Source: Camelus ferus (lineage: Eukaryota). From it: a stretch of DNA of 64,000 nucleotides. The translations under genes were made by a program, and so were the position numbers. The DNA lies in contig NC_045696.1 of assembly GCF_009834535.1 (NCBI RefSeq), positions 8,620,001-8,684,000 on the forward strand, written 5' to 3'. The notes beneath the pieces are model-generated. The model worked only from the letters and a program-made list of their open reading frames with translations. It ran no database searches and was not told the origin of the DNA. Positions within the stretch are counted from its first letter, which is position 1. Every line of letters starts with the position of its first letter. Shown here in pieces: positions 41,574 through 53,887 of the stretch.

Positions 41574-42524
41574 AACCTTGCACCTCTAGGTTAGAACGTT
41601 GTTGGTCCATGGTGCTGCCTTTGTAAATATCATGGCAATAACATGATGTAAAAAAAAATCAAACAGGCACACAGCTAAAGGTACATGCGGTGAGAATCTG
41701 CTCTGGGAAATGCTGTCACACACCAGGAGAATTTTCCCTGTGGAGAGAAGAGGAAGAGAAGTGATGCGAACATCAGCCATTGGGCGCTGACTGTATATCA
41801 GGTGCTTGGCATGTGTGTCTCATTTGCTGGGCAAAATGGCTTAGGTCGAGTTTGGTGAAATTTCTGGGATCATGTTTTTGTTTAATGAGTTGCTTATTCT
41901 TTTCCTGCCATGAATTGCTGGAAAACCCTAGTTGAAAAAGTGGAGCTGCTACAACGTATGAGGTGTCTAAATTAGACTCAGGTGATGCAGACTTCCCTCC
42001 ACACCCTCAGTCACCATGCTGTGTGTGGGATCAGCTCCTTCTGGGAGCTTATACACAGCCACACTGTCATTTTAGAATCCAGTAGGAGGATCTAACTGAC
42101 CTTCTGAGTCAAGTAAGCTCAGTAATCTTGCCTGTCGAACAGGCCAAGTATTTCACATGGATGGAACACCCACAGCCGGTCGATGGAAGCCACCATACGT
42201 GGGCTGTGAGCGGCAGTTGGTTGGTGTTAATGCGCTTTCACAGGTTAAAGACCCAGATGGAAGGCTGAATAATGTTAATGTCACTATGAATAAGGCCTGG
42301 ACTTGCTACTTGTCATCATGTGGTTTTGGAGCTTCCTACTTCATGGTGTCATAAACCCAGAGATGGGCAAGACCAACTCGACAGTCTAGGCCTTGCTGGG
42401 ACTCAGTGGAGTCCAGACTACTTTCCTCTGTGTTTCGCACAGAAAACTCACTGTGTTTCAGGGTGGTTTTTGCAAGATTTCCATGGGAATCATCTAGCTT
42501 TTAAGAGCACTTGCCGCCACTGAA

Positions 42525-42886
42525 TGCCAGAGACTGAATGTTCGTGTGTCCCTTCGATTCATATACGGAAACCTACTCCCCAGCTTGACGCTATTTGGAA
42601 AAGGGGCATTTGGGAAGGTGATTAGGTCATGAGGGCGGGGGCCTGGGGAGTGGAGTTACTGCCCCCACACAAGAGACTTCAGAGAGCCCCTCACCCCTTC
42701 TAAACTGTGTGAGGACACAGGGAGAAGACCACTGTCTGTGAGCCAGGAGGAGGGCCCTCACCGGATACTAAATTTGCCAGGATCTTGATCTCAGGCTGCC
42801 CAGCCCTCAGAACTGAGACGTAAACGTGTGTTGTCTAACACCCAGTCTACGGTATTTTTGTGTAGTAACTGGAACAGACCAAGACA
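42525..42886 (+). mobile_element. MaLR solo LTR (MLT1A-like)
   Basis: TG...CA termini; GTGATTAGGTCATGAGGG, GTGAGGACACAGGGAGAAG, CCCAGTCTACGGTATTTT. 5-bp TSD CTGAA/CTGAG (4/5). Confidence 0.9.
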
Positions 42887-43449
42887 CTGAGTCTACGACG
42901 AAGGTGGTGGTGGTGGCGATTTTTCACATCATCTGCAAGGAGGGAAAAACGTTTGGTTTAACCACTATCCCTGCCCTTAAACTTCAGATCATTTCAGGGA
43001 GGCAAGGCAAACACACCAACGTTATCCTAGAAACTGGCTCACAGGTGGAGGACCTTCACCGGCAAAGAGGCGTGACTTGTGAGGTGCCTGGAAGGGCCGG
43101 CCCCTGTCCCACCCCTCCCTCCCCATGTGGCTCACGTGGCTCAGGTGTGGGTATAACAGAGAGTCTAACATTAAGTGATTCTAATATCTGACGATGCTGG
43201 AGGTCAAAGCGTTCTCTTCGTATTAAGCTGACTGTACTGTAGTTTTCCCCGGAGTAAGTCTCAGGTCAGGCACATTTTAATGGTAAGGCAAGGTTCAGGA
43301 AAAGGATTTGTAATCAGGGCCAGGATAAATGGATAACACGGATGAGAATGTTCTGGAGCCTAGAAGTAGGAGAAAGGGAAAAAATAATAGCAGAGGGGCA
43401 GGATGTATGCTGCGGAGGGAGGAATGGCGTCTGCACCACCTCAGTGATT

Positions 43450-43630
43450 TCTGTTTACTAGGAGCTGTGCTGAGCCCTTCATGTGGATTCCACCACGTAG
43501 TCCTCACCACAGTCGAATGAGGTGAGTACTATTCTTAATTCCATTCTACAGATGAAGAAACTGAGGCACAGAGAGGCGAATAATTTACTCAAGGCCATGC
43601 TGCTCTTAAATGTTAGAATCAGGGCTGGTA
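43450..43630 (-). mobile_element. MIR SINE
   Basis: CCATTCTACAGATGAAGAAACTGAGGCACAGAGAGG..AATAATTTACTCAAGGCCA is the MIR core. Confidence 0.85.
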
Positions 43631-44074
43631 TCTACAGCCATTACACAGCCCTGACTTTCCAGTGTGAAAATGGGGAAAATTCGAGAGAAAGGGACTCAAG
43701 AGAAGTGAAAGGCAGGAGAGTGAAAGTGGGAAAAGGTGGCCTTTACTGAGATGAAGGGTAGAATTAGGTCAAGCAGAGAATGAGAGAAATGTCAGTTAAA
43801 GAGAAGATAAAGGACTGAAAACATCACACAGGAAGAATGAGATGCGCAGGACAAGGGATGGGTCACACCTGGACGTACCTGAGGGAAGAAGGGAAGGAGG
43901 GGATGGAGAAAGGCAGAGGTGGGCGTGTGTAGCTTGGATGGAAAGAGATGGACAGGGAAGCCTGAAGTCGGATGGCCTGAAATGCCATGATTATATCCGA
44001 AAGTGAGGGAAGAGTGTGTAAAAATGCCCCTCAGGAAGGGATTGGGTCTGAGGAGGGCTCCTGGAAGCCTGGGG

Positions 44075-44200
44075 CCTGGGAAACAACTCTGAGATTTACC
44101 TTGACCACTATGTGACCTCACAGGCCATCTCTGATGCTCACCTGTACAGGTGGAGATGGAACCACCTGCCTCAGACCCCTTCCTGTTCTAACTTCCTATT
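44075..44200 (+). mobile_element. MIR3-like fragment
   Basis: CTATGTGACCTC...CTCACCTGTACAGGTGGAG...CCCTTCCTGTTCTAAC..CTATT tail. Confidence 0.4.
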
Positions 44201-44350
44201 CCTGCTTTGAAATTCTGTAATGTTTACACTTCTCCTGTCACTTGTATTTTGTAGTTTCCTTCTAAATCCTTATGAAAACAAAATTAAATCTGATGTTATG
44301 ATAAAATCTTGTAGACTTTTAAGGTTTCTAACATTGCAAAATTTAACAAT

Positions 44351-44447
44351 GAAATAAAACGAATATATGTATGTCTATGTATGACTGAAACACTATGCTG
44401 TACACCAGAAATTGAACAACATTATAAACTGACTATACTCAATTTAA
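44351..44447 (+). mobile_element. ~100-bp LINE-1 extreme 3' end
   Basis: ATGACTGAAACACTATGCTGTACACCAGAAATTGA..AACATTATAAACTGACTATACTCAAT plus A run. Degenerate TSD AAAATTTAACAAT/AAAAATTAACATT (44338-44350, 44448-44460). Confidence 0.85.
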
Positions 44448-46824
44448 AAAAATTAACATTTAATACAATCGATTTTCAGCATTTTTTAAAATATGATATT
44501 AAGTAACCCGGAAAGGAAAGTAGTGCTTTCTTCCCGTGGACATCCACAGGGTCATAACTTAGCACTGTTCTCCAGGGTGGCTAGTTCCCGACTCTCCGGT
44601 GGGGCTGCTGTAAACCAAAGGCTTAAGTGATCTTATTCCTTAGTCTTTGACTATTGCGTAGAATTTGCGCTCCTTCATCTCTGGTGTCAAGAATGGGAAA
44701 GAAGTGCATTTGGCTTAGTTAAGAGTGCTGTGTGTGCATTATTTAAACCCTAAGCATCTGAGACGCAGGCACTTCCGCAGAATTAATGCCTGGTTGGAAA
44801 TACAGTGATGGCGTGTTGAGCAGCTGAGGGCCGTGTATTCCCCATCAGTCACTAACCTCCGGGAAGAGCAGAAGTCTTTGCTATTATAACCAGTAAGCAA
44901 ATGCGTGGCAGGAGGCAGGAAGGAGGGTACAATTTGGGATCTATGGCATATTTTTAAGAAGGTATAAAAGTGCAGATATTTTTAAACCTCTTTTAGGATT
45001 GTGTTCAGTGTAATTCCCTGCAGAGGAAGGTAGTTTGGTAAACTTTTCTGTTAACAGAAATGATAAGCTGAACAGATTCCAGATGCAATCACTCCACAGC
45101 TGTTATGATGAGTCCTGTGCCCCATGGCACCAACGTTTCTGGCCTCTGCTTCCGGGTAACCACTGGGATGGCAGGTTGGTGGCAGATTCTGGATTCTGGA
45201 TTCTGGACCAGTTTATCCTGGAGACCACCCCAGTGTGCATTCATGGGCTGGCTGGGAATTGGGACGGTCTTTGGGGAGCTCCAGAGGTTCCCAGGCTGAT
45301 AACCCTCATCAGAAGGGCCAGAAAGGATCTAAACTTTCAGGATAAACCAAGAATGGCTTGGATCTTTGGAAGGTTATGAAACTAGAAGCAATCCTCTGAT
45401 CTTAGAGCTCCTGTGACTGCCTCAAACAGAGACCAACACCTCCTTGTCTATCCCAGGCAGCGAGCAAAGGAAAGAGTGCCTTTCAGATGACACTCCCTGC
45501 TTCCTAACAGTGATGAGATGTTGTAGCGTCAAACTGACACAACACAAACACGGCGACATCAGCAGTAGTAAAATCTCCCCTCCACACACCCGCAGGTGCT
45601 CCTGCCCTTTGAAAACGCTGCATGTTGGTCCCCGACCACGGCAAAGAGATGCAGAAGTTACTTGGAAAGATGCAAAGACAAATATATTATCCAGCAATTC
45701 AGCAATGCCTGTGATGAGGCACAGAACAAGTCCCCTCAAGTCATAGGACACCGAGGAATCTCACAGGAGGAAACAGCAAAATCCTGTACGTCCACCTGTG
45801 CTCTTTGCAGTCTTACTGATAACTCATGGAAGACTGGACACAATGAAAATACTGAACAATAGGAAAACGAAGGCTGGTTAAGTGATATCTGGTCAACCTC
45901 TTGAAACAGGAATGAATGGATTGAGGCGAGACGCCCCTCTCCAGCCGTCCCTCCTGGCTTGAACAATCTGTCTGAAATTGGTGTCTGCTGTTTATGGGAC
46001 TATTGAGGTGTTTTAAAAAGTTCTGAGCAGACTTAGCAAAAGATGGAGCAATCATTCTATAATTCTAACCAACTGTGATCTATTTAGAAAGATGGGGGTG
46101 AGGTTCACATGGAGCTAACATAAGGGAGGTTAGGGGGACTTGGGGTAAGGGTGGGCAAAAATCAGTTGAACAAAACAAGAAATGTGAAAAATGAAGGGTC
46201 AGAGGGTTTATAAATTGTCCAATGTGATACAGAGAGCTGGTCCCTTATGTTCGGCATCAGTGAGAGGAGACTTCTGGGTCCAGGTCCCAGCTGAGGCCTG
46301 AGGCCTGACCCTGCTCTGCAGGGCCCTCCGGGGTCTGGCGATGGCCAGCAGTCAGAGACCGTCCAGGAAGGACTTAACCTTTCGCATCTGCTGCCTGTTT
46401 ACCTTCTTAGAGGATCTGCAAACACAAACATTTGAGAATTGTGCTGTCTTTTGAGGACTTCGATGCTGTTCTTTGAGGTTGCTTGACCTCAGGTAGATGC
46501 AGGACACTGGGAATCATTCCTTGACTGGCTGGAGACTTCTTATGCATGAACAACAAAGCTGTGTTGTGACATGAAAATGCTTACAGGAGAAAGAGAAATA
46601 AACACCTTAGGGTATAAAAACGCACGCAGGCCGTGTGTTTGGTGACCATGGCAGTGTAAAAACGTGCACAAAGTAGTGGCGGCAGAAAGCAGGTCTGGAG
46701 TGGCAGGCTGAGGAATGTCCCTTTTCCTTGCTTTTCAAAATTCTATGCAATGAAATTATATCATTTTTCTGAAATATGAAAGAGAAGGCGAGCTTTCCTT
46801 CCTCAGCCAGCTTTTGGTCCAAGC

Positions 46825-47420
46825 CAATGTTTCACAATTTTTAAAATGATTATTATTGTATCTCTAAGGAAACGTTTTAGCCATTTTTGTTAAACTAATC
46901 TCCCTCCTTGTTTCAGCCCATCCAGCTGCTATAACGCAATACCACAGACCCGGTGGCTTGTAAACAGCAGACAGTAAGTGCTCACAGTCTGGAGGCTGCA
47001 AGTCTCAGCTCAGAGTGCCAGCATGGTGGGGGGAGGGACCCCTCACCTGCTTCATAGACAGCCGTCTTCTTGTTTTGTCCTCACAAGGTGGAAGGGTGAG
47101 GGAGCAATCTGAGGTCTCTTTTACATGGGCCCTAATCCCATTCATGTGGGCTCCACCCTCATGACTATTTATTTTCCAATTGCCCCACCTTCTAATAATG
47201 CCATCACCTTTGCGGGTTAGGATTTCAACATATGAATTTGGATGGACACAAACGTACTGCCCAAACATAGTGCCCTCCATGAAATTTTAATACCACAAAT
47301 GGACGGTATGTAAGTTTAGGTACTGTACATACATACAGTATGTCTGTGCTTTAGACATAATAAAGAGGAATGTGTTTTTGCTTCTTCCCCCAAGAATCTT
47401 TTTACCCCACTACTGAGAGT
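46825..47420 (+). mobile_element. MER112-like hAT-Charlie MITE interrupted by an MLT1 LTR
   Basis: CTAAGGAAACGTTTTAGCCATTTT...CTAATCTCCCTCC [LTR] CCATGAAATTTTAATACCACA...GTCTGTGCTTTAGACATAA...CCCCAAGAATC. Confidence 0.7.
46909..47272 (-). mobile_element. MaLR solo LTR (MLT1A-like) nested in MER112
   Basis: GCTGCTATAAC..AATACCACAGAC...CTCACAGTCTGGAGGCTG...CTAATCCCATTCATG...GGTTAGGATTTCAACATATGAATTT. Confidence 0.9.
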
Positions 47421-47478
47421 GTAGAAATCAGGGTCCAGATGGGCATCTGCGACGGGGTCACACCTGGCAGAGGTCAGG

Positions 47479-48020
47479 TGATGTGCAGCAGTAGGAAGGA
47501 CCCCAGTTCTTGTCTTACCTGAAAGAGAAAAATTCAGATGGGAGTTGAAAGTGTTGTATAGCGAAATATTTTAAAGGTTTATTAGCAAAGGGAAGGTAGA
47601 CCTCCAAGAATGGGAGGCAGGCTGATTTGAGGGCGGATAGAAGTGGTCTCTGCCCCGTTCTCTTACACCCTTGCTCAGAGGTGGTCTCTGATTGATTGAC
47701 ACCTCTTGCCCCTGGAGTGCTTAATCATGTTCATTCCCTTTTGTGCATGTCCTTACCCATGATGCACACAGAAAAATCCGTGGTGGGGGGCAAACTGCAA
47801 TGCTAATTATATTACAATGAGCATTGGGTCGCGTCCAGTTAGGTCCTTGTCACTACCGCGCAGTTGTGGGCTTCGGGTTCTAACTGGTTTCTTCCTGGCG
47901 CTCATTTAGAGGCAGTAAAGCCCCTTGATGCTGAAAGCTGGCTTGTTGCCCTCTTCTGGACCATCTCCCCTCTCCTCCACCTTATCTTCTTGGTGCTGTC
48001 ACTTTCTTAACTACCTAACA
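47479..48020 (-). mobile_element. ERV1-class solo LTR
   Basis: Minus strand begins TGTTAGGTAGTTAAGAAAG (48020), has AATAAA (TTTATT at 47578-47583) and ends ...CA. No clear TSD. Confidence 0.7.
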
Positions 48021-49743
48021 ATGGGAGTGGAGAAACAGAACCACGGGAGATTCCCAGAGAAGGGGAAGGAGAAAGCTTACTGGGTCAAGTTTGATCTTTT
48101 AATCTTCAGTTCAAAGGTCAGGTCTAGAACTCACTGAGAAATATCCAATGTGCATCTTGTGTCAGTCAGAAGGAATCCCTTCACTAACAACAGAAAGAAG
48201 TTCATTTTCAACGAAACGATAAGGTACCCTGGCAGACCACAAGCCACCGCCGGGGTGCTTGCGCGTCCTCCTCGCTACAGTCAGTGCCCGGGAATGCTGC
48301 GATGTGCTCCGGGCCGCCGGCAGTGGGCTGAGTCAGGCTTTGATAGCTAACAAGGGACTCTCCACCCAGCAATAATTATTGACCTTCAGTGTCTCGCTGC
48401 CGTGCATCCAGACTAATTATCCTGCACGTCTCTGGACTCTCTCATCCTTTCACTATTAGCCAGTTTGAAAATGAGGCCCCAAGGGTGTGAGCTGATCCAC
48501 AAAAGAGGAGAAAATATTAATCTTTCTGGCTCTTCAAATCTTTACTTCTTTTTCTTACAAGGAGGATTTTTGGCTTTGCGTTTTCATTGATGTTCCCTCT
48601 TCTGCTTGAGGACTGATGGGGTGTGATGGGAGTACTGAGCAAGATTTTGCAAGTCTTGTCATGTAAGTGTTGACAGAATTTAATGAATTTATCAGATGGA
48701 ACCAACTCCTGTCAGGAAGAAAATCTAATTGGATGGCACTGGAATAGAAGAGACATAATTCTGGATAATGAATACATTGTGTGTGTGTGTGTGTGTATTT
48801 TTTTTAAGCAGTAAGAACCCCAAGATATCTCTGCAACACAGTTTTAAGTTTGGTTTTCCTCATCTTTCCTACAGTTTTCAGAGATTTTTAAGAGGCTGAA
48901 TCTCCTGCTCTGAAAACACTTGTCAAACATAAATTTCCTTTTGCTAATCTAATCTAATGGCACCAAGTTGAATCCTCTCAACTTTATGTGCGGAGAACAT
49001 GTGTTGAAAATTGGAACATAATTTTTAATGCTTTAAATAAATTGACCACAGAAATTCGTATTTTGATTGTATCTCTAGTCTCAATTTTTTCAAGATTGGG
49101 TTTGCCTATTTTATTCAGATTGTGGGATAGAGAGGAAAGGAAACCAGCCCTGTCCTAGCTGATGAGTAATATCTCAAACAGGGAAAAACAGCATGAACGA
49201 AATTCTCTGTCCTTGAAGCCCAGCTAGGATTAAATATGTAAGTCCCTCTAGTTCTTCTATAAAGCAGATTTGATCTTTTTTGTGTGGGGAGGAATGGGGT
49301 GCCCAGACTTAAACTATAATAACCATGACATAATTCATAGCACAGCTTTAGAAACTCCTGTCCACGCCAGTCAAGGAGATATGATTTTAATTAAATCTAC
49401 GTATGGATCAAAGGGGACATTTCAGGCAGGTGTTATATTACTGCTTATATTAAAGATTAAGTGCTCATAATCTCTTTTAAAATTCTTTTTTTATTCTGTG
49501 TTTTCATCAGTCAAGATGGCAATTCGGTGCAAGACGGCAATAATGGTGGCTTGGAGGTCTATGCACTGGGGTGTATATAAATTGGTAGCTGGCATCAATT
49601 TTGGAGAAGTCCACCAGGAGAAGACTAGATGGGCTATTGGTGATGATCTGGTGGGAGAACAGGCCAGGCTCCTGGTTAGGGCAGAGACTTCTAGGGGTGG
49701 TTGCAGGGGAAAATGTACTCAGAAGGGTGTTTGATAGTGTCTT

Positions 49744-49923
49744 ATTATCAATATTTTAATTTTTTTCATTCTAATAGGATGGGGTAATATCTCATGGTGG
49801 TTTTATTCCCATCAATTTCTCCCTTCATGTCTGTTAGTGTTTGTTTTATGCAGTTAGGTGCTCCTGTATTGGGTGCATATAAGTTAACAAGTGTAATATC
49901 CTCTTCTTGTATTGATCCTTTTG
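49744..49923 (-). mobile_element. 180-bp chimeric L1 insert (ORF2 endonuclease piece fused to ORF2 C-terminal piece)
   Basis: TSD GTTTGATAGTGT(C/T)TT at 49729-49743 and 49924-49938, then AA. Minus strand reads KGSIQEEDITLVNLYAPNTGAPNCIKQTLTDMKGEIDGN, then the KTTMRYY region. Confidence 0.85.
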
Positions 49924-50639
49924 GTTTGATAGTGTTTTAAATGCATGGAAATGGCGTTATTCTTGCTGAAGTCATAATATACTGAGAAAAAAAGCCCAGA
50001 TAATCTGCTGGTGAGATAAAATATTTCACTAAAGCACATTTAAAAGTTTCTGAAAAACTCACAGTAATTAAAAGATAAAAGACAACCTTTTGTTCAAGAC
50101 CAAGAACCAGGCTAAAGTTACCATTTGTTGTTTTAACTCTTGGTAGCTCCCTAGTAATCAGATCTTATCCCGTGGAGAGGGAACTGATTTGGACACTGTA
50201 ATTTCACACCAGATGAGAGCATGTGAAGTGCTGTGGTAAGGTCACGCCCATATCTTATGTCTCCACTGGCTGTGAGCTCTTTAATTCAGGGAACATGCTT
50301 ATTCAGCTTGGGACTTCAGAACTGGACAAACTATGGTGTCCAGTGCACACTGTGGAACTGACTGCTTGAATTCCAGCAGGAGACCCTACATCTATGTATT
50401 TTGTTATTGTGAACTTTTCCAGTCTTGACTTATCTACTCAGCTGTCCCTCCCAACTTTTTTTCTTTTATACCTGAAAATGTGATTAGCATGTCTTCTGTA
50501 TGTTCACTGAAGTTGATGACAGTCTGTATCAAAATAAATAATGAGCATTACATATTTGTAAAATTTTGGTAAATGCAACAGACTTGTCCTTCATAGGTTA
50601 TAAAATGTGAATAATGAAACAGAAATTACTAGGAAGTAA

Positions 50640-50857
50640 CCATTCATACATTTATTGATATTTATTGAGGACTTAGTATATGGCAGGTACTGTTCACATA
50701 GAGATGTGACCCTCCCCTCGGGGAACCTGGTAGGGGGGACAAGTCTGAGTCCAAGGACAGACCACACAAGTAAGTGCAGAGTCAGAACCATGACGGCCGC
50801 TGCCCGGGGGTGCAGCTTAGCAGGGAACATGGGCTAGGTCAGGAGGTCAGGGAAAAC
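50640..50857 (-). mobile_element. L2 3' end
   Basis: CATTCATACATTTATTGATATTTATTGAGGACTTAGTATATGGCAGGTACTGTTC...CCCTCCCCTCGGGAACC. Confidence 0.7.
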
Positions 50858-50957
50858 CCGGCTTGTTCAGGACTGAGAACGTTTGAGGGCACATGAAAAT
50901 TTCAGTGCCCAAACCAGGAAAGTCCTGGGCAAACCTGGACAAGTTGGTGAGCTCAGA
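50858..50957 (+). mobile_element. MER94-like hAT-Blackjack MITE
   Basis: CCCGGCTTGTTCAGGACTGAG...TTTCAGTGCCCAAACCAGGAAAGTCCTGGGCAAACCTGGACAAGTTGGT. Confidence 0.7.
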
Positions 50958-51509
50958 GTCAAATTTCAAGTTGGAGAGTTATTCAAAGTCAGAAGCAAGG
51001 CCACTCAGTCGAACCAATCACCACCATGGTGCCTTGGTTATCGTTTCTAAATTCCCCACCTGAGTTGTCTTGTGACTTGAGACCTCTTTGAAATCTCGAA
51101 ATTCCATGTATTGGGTTGCCTTCTTAGCCAATGGACATCAGAACTTGAAAAGACATCCACAAGATAGAATGTATAATTGCTTTGAAAAAACAAAATGTTT
51201 GGGAACAAGGCAAAGTAAAAATCAGCAAAAATAAGAACAACAACGCAGCGTGATCTTAGTCAAATGGCCTAGAAAGGAAGACACGAAGCTTCTAGGTTCT
51301 CACATCGCCCAACTTGAAACCTGTGATTAATGGTCATGGATTACCGTGATGTATGCTGTGTTCATTTAAGTGACGGAAACCAGATTAGTCACCCATCATG
51401 AATATTTCAGTTATGAATGATTAAAATATTTTACAGCCATCTATCACCTTAACCGTGAATACGGCACTTGTAGTTAAAAATCAATTCAAAGTGTAGGTGA
51501 AAGGAGAGA

Positions 51510-52500
51510 CGCTGGGCGGGGAAGCTGCTCTCTCTCCTGCCTCCAGGTTGGGTTCCTGGGTTCTGCGCGGTTTGTGTGCAGCCTGGCGGGGGTGTCCGCT
51601 CAAGCAGCCTGGTTTAGTGAGGATTCAAAGGCAGGCTGTGCAATCACAAAACCCTGACAAGCTTTAATAAAGAGATATACAGTGTCTCGGATGTATTTGA
51701 GGGAACCCTGACGCTTGTGGTTTTGTATATGGTTATGGTAAATAAGTAGCCGCTGGTTGTTGTGGTCTGGCCTTGGCTGGGAGCACTGGACCACTGGCGA
51801 CCCATTTAACGTAAATCCACCCGCACCTACAAGAGAGCCTTGCCCTGCGATCGAAACAAACGGGGTGGGGGCCGGGTCGCCAGGCCTGCAGCTCACCTCT
51901 GGCTGAGTTACGCTGGCTCCCCACCCCCCCAACAGGAAAAAGGTTCTCTTTTCTCTTGTTTTGTTTTTCCCTTTGTGAAGTTGACAAGCCCGAGGCGGCG
52001 GCGAACTTCCGCGTGCTGGGGTCGTCACTGCGCGCTGCCCCTCTCCCCATGACCGGCTCTTGGAGATGCTCTCGGTAAATGAGCCCAAGAGGGAGCAGGA
52101 GGCGGCGCTGAGCCCCGGGCCGTGCCTGCCCTCGCGGGGGTGGCAGCCTTCACATCCTGACAGGAGGCGCTCAGCCCGAACCGCAGCCGCGGCGACCCCG
52201 CCTCAAATTAGAGCTTGCGCTCCAGGCTTCGGATCGAAATGTAGCTCTGTTTTAGCTCTGTCTCTCCCCCGCCCCCTTTTCCCCCCCAACTGGTGGGTAG
52301 CTTCTCCTTCTGGTGGCTGCTGTGTAGAGAAGAGCTTCGGAAGAAGGTTTTGCACCGCAGCATCCACAGAGAGGGAGGCTGCAAAGCAAACGCGGAAGCT
52401 CATTGTCTTGGTCCAGGTTTAGGATCAAGAAAGGGTTTGAGCGACTTGGGGCTCGGGCTCATCCAGTGCCTGCCCGCCTCCTGCGCATAGCCACAGGGCT
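51510..52500. promoter_or_regulatory. CpG-rich island (orphan CGI, promoter or enhancer)
   Basis: Repeat-free GC-rich kilobase with far more CpG than the rest of the window. GC boxes GGGCGGGG (~51514) and CCCCGCCCC (~52267). Confidence 0.75.
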
Positions 52501-53887
52501 GTGACTCAGAACAGAGGAGCTCGGCTTCTTCTCCCATCACACTAAACCCAGCATCAGACCGAGTGTGGAGAAGATGGTATGATCATACCCTCCCAACCCT
52601 CAGAAGTCAGCAATTCCTAGATTTTCAAGGGCAAGAGAGGCATTTTTCTTCAAGTCCTTGGCTGCATTTTTTATTGACTCTCAAGAAGCAAAGATGAGTC
52701 GTTTTGACAATAGGACAGAATACCATGTGGCAAAGACTGCTTCCCGGCAACCAGGACCCCTCCCGGCTTTCTCCTCCCAAGGCTGCGGGGAGAGATGCCC
52801 TTCCCCACGTGACGGTGGACTTGTGGCATTTTCTCTGCTGAGTGAATGCCGCTTCTCAGAGCCCTGATGTTGGGCCTTGTTCTCCCATTGGGTGCTAGAT
52901 TGGAGAATTAGGGACACAGGGAAGCTTCCATAGAGATGCCTGGCTTTCTCATCCCCTGGTGCATCTAACATCACCAGACACACGTTCTTAGAGCCTTTTT
53001 ATTCTCCCAGCTTCCCTCCAGTGCTCAGCGTGCTACGGGGAGAGAGTTGTGATGTGACCAGGCCAGTGCTGCTGGGCGAGCTGTTCAGTCCTCCGCAGTC
53101 CTGTCCGAGGACGGACGGATAGGGCGTGCTTCCCAAGACCAGGACCTGCAAACTTCCACTTTCTCATGTTACTATTTCCCCTGTTATAGGAATGTTACCT
53201 TAAAAGAAACATTTACAAAATATCCTCTGGACTGCGCATAGTCCAGGGCACAGAGCCGTTTCTGTTGATGAAGTCTGGGAGGAACAGCAGACCTTGCTGA
53301 GGGAGGCATACGGAATCTTGTCTCAACTCAAATTGGAAGCATTTAAAACTTCCTCGTAGCTCTCAGCTTCCCACAGGCGGGCCCCCTCTGTTTTGTTTCC
53401 AGACCTGACCACTAGTTGGCCCTTTTGGTCTTTGGGGCAGACCTTTGCTTGATGTTTGGTGTCATCTGGACAAATCTGCTATCCCTCCTGGCTCGGCAAT
53501 GTCCCCGGGCACGGCTCTCCGAAGTCCCACTTTCTCTCTCGTGTTCTCGGAATCCTGAGTCCCAGCCTTTGAATTCAGAATCCGTGACCTGGGACTCTAG
53601 GTCTGGGATGTGAGCCATTGAGAAGACTGTACCCTTGGACCTAGACACTTCATTCTTTATTCCTTTCTCATTGTCTTTCCTTCAGTTGTTTAGAAACAGG
53701 ACTCTTCCCCTTAATATAAACATCAGTAAAGTTGTCCCAGAAGCAAAGAGCTGTCCCCTCCCTCCACCCCTACAGCAGATACACCTTTATGGATCCAAAC
53801 TCTAAGGTTTAGAGTATTTTTTTTTCTCTCCAGGTTGAAAGTCTTTGCACTGGAGATTTCCCCATTATCTTTCCTTGAAACACTGCT

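Noticed and set aside
41065..41610. 181-aa minus-strand ORF, the longest in the track
   Set aside because: It is essentially the antisense of an LTR and has no recognisable domain.
45596..45862. 88-codon ORF directly after a CAG (possible terminal coding exon)
   Set aside because: The pyrimidine tract is weak and C/A-rich, the peptide matches nothing I recognise, and no partner exons are evident.
52305..52322. CTCF-like motif (minus strand CCACCAGAAGGAGA)
   Set aside because: Three mismatches to the core consensus, including the conserved GGC.
51600..52490. Overlapping 65-162 aa ORFs in the CpG island
   Set aside because: Expected from stop-codon scarcity in GC-rich DNA. No recognisable protein.
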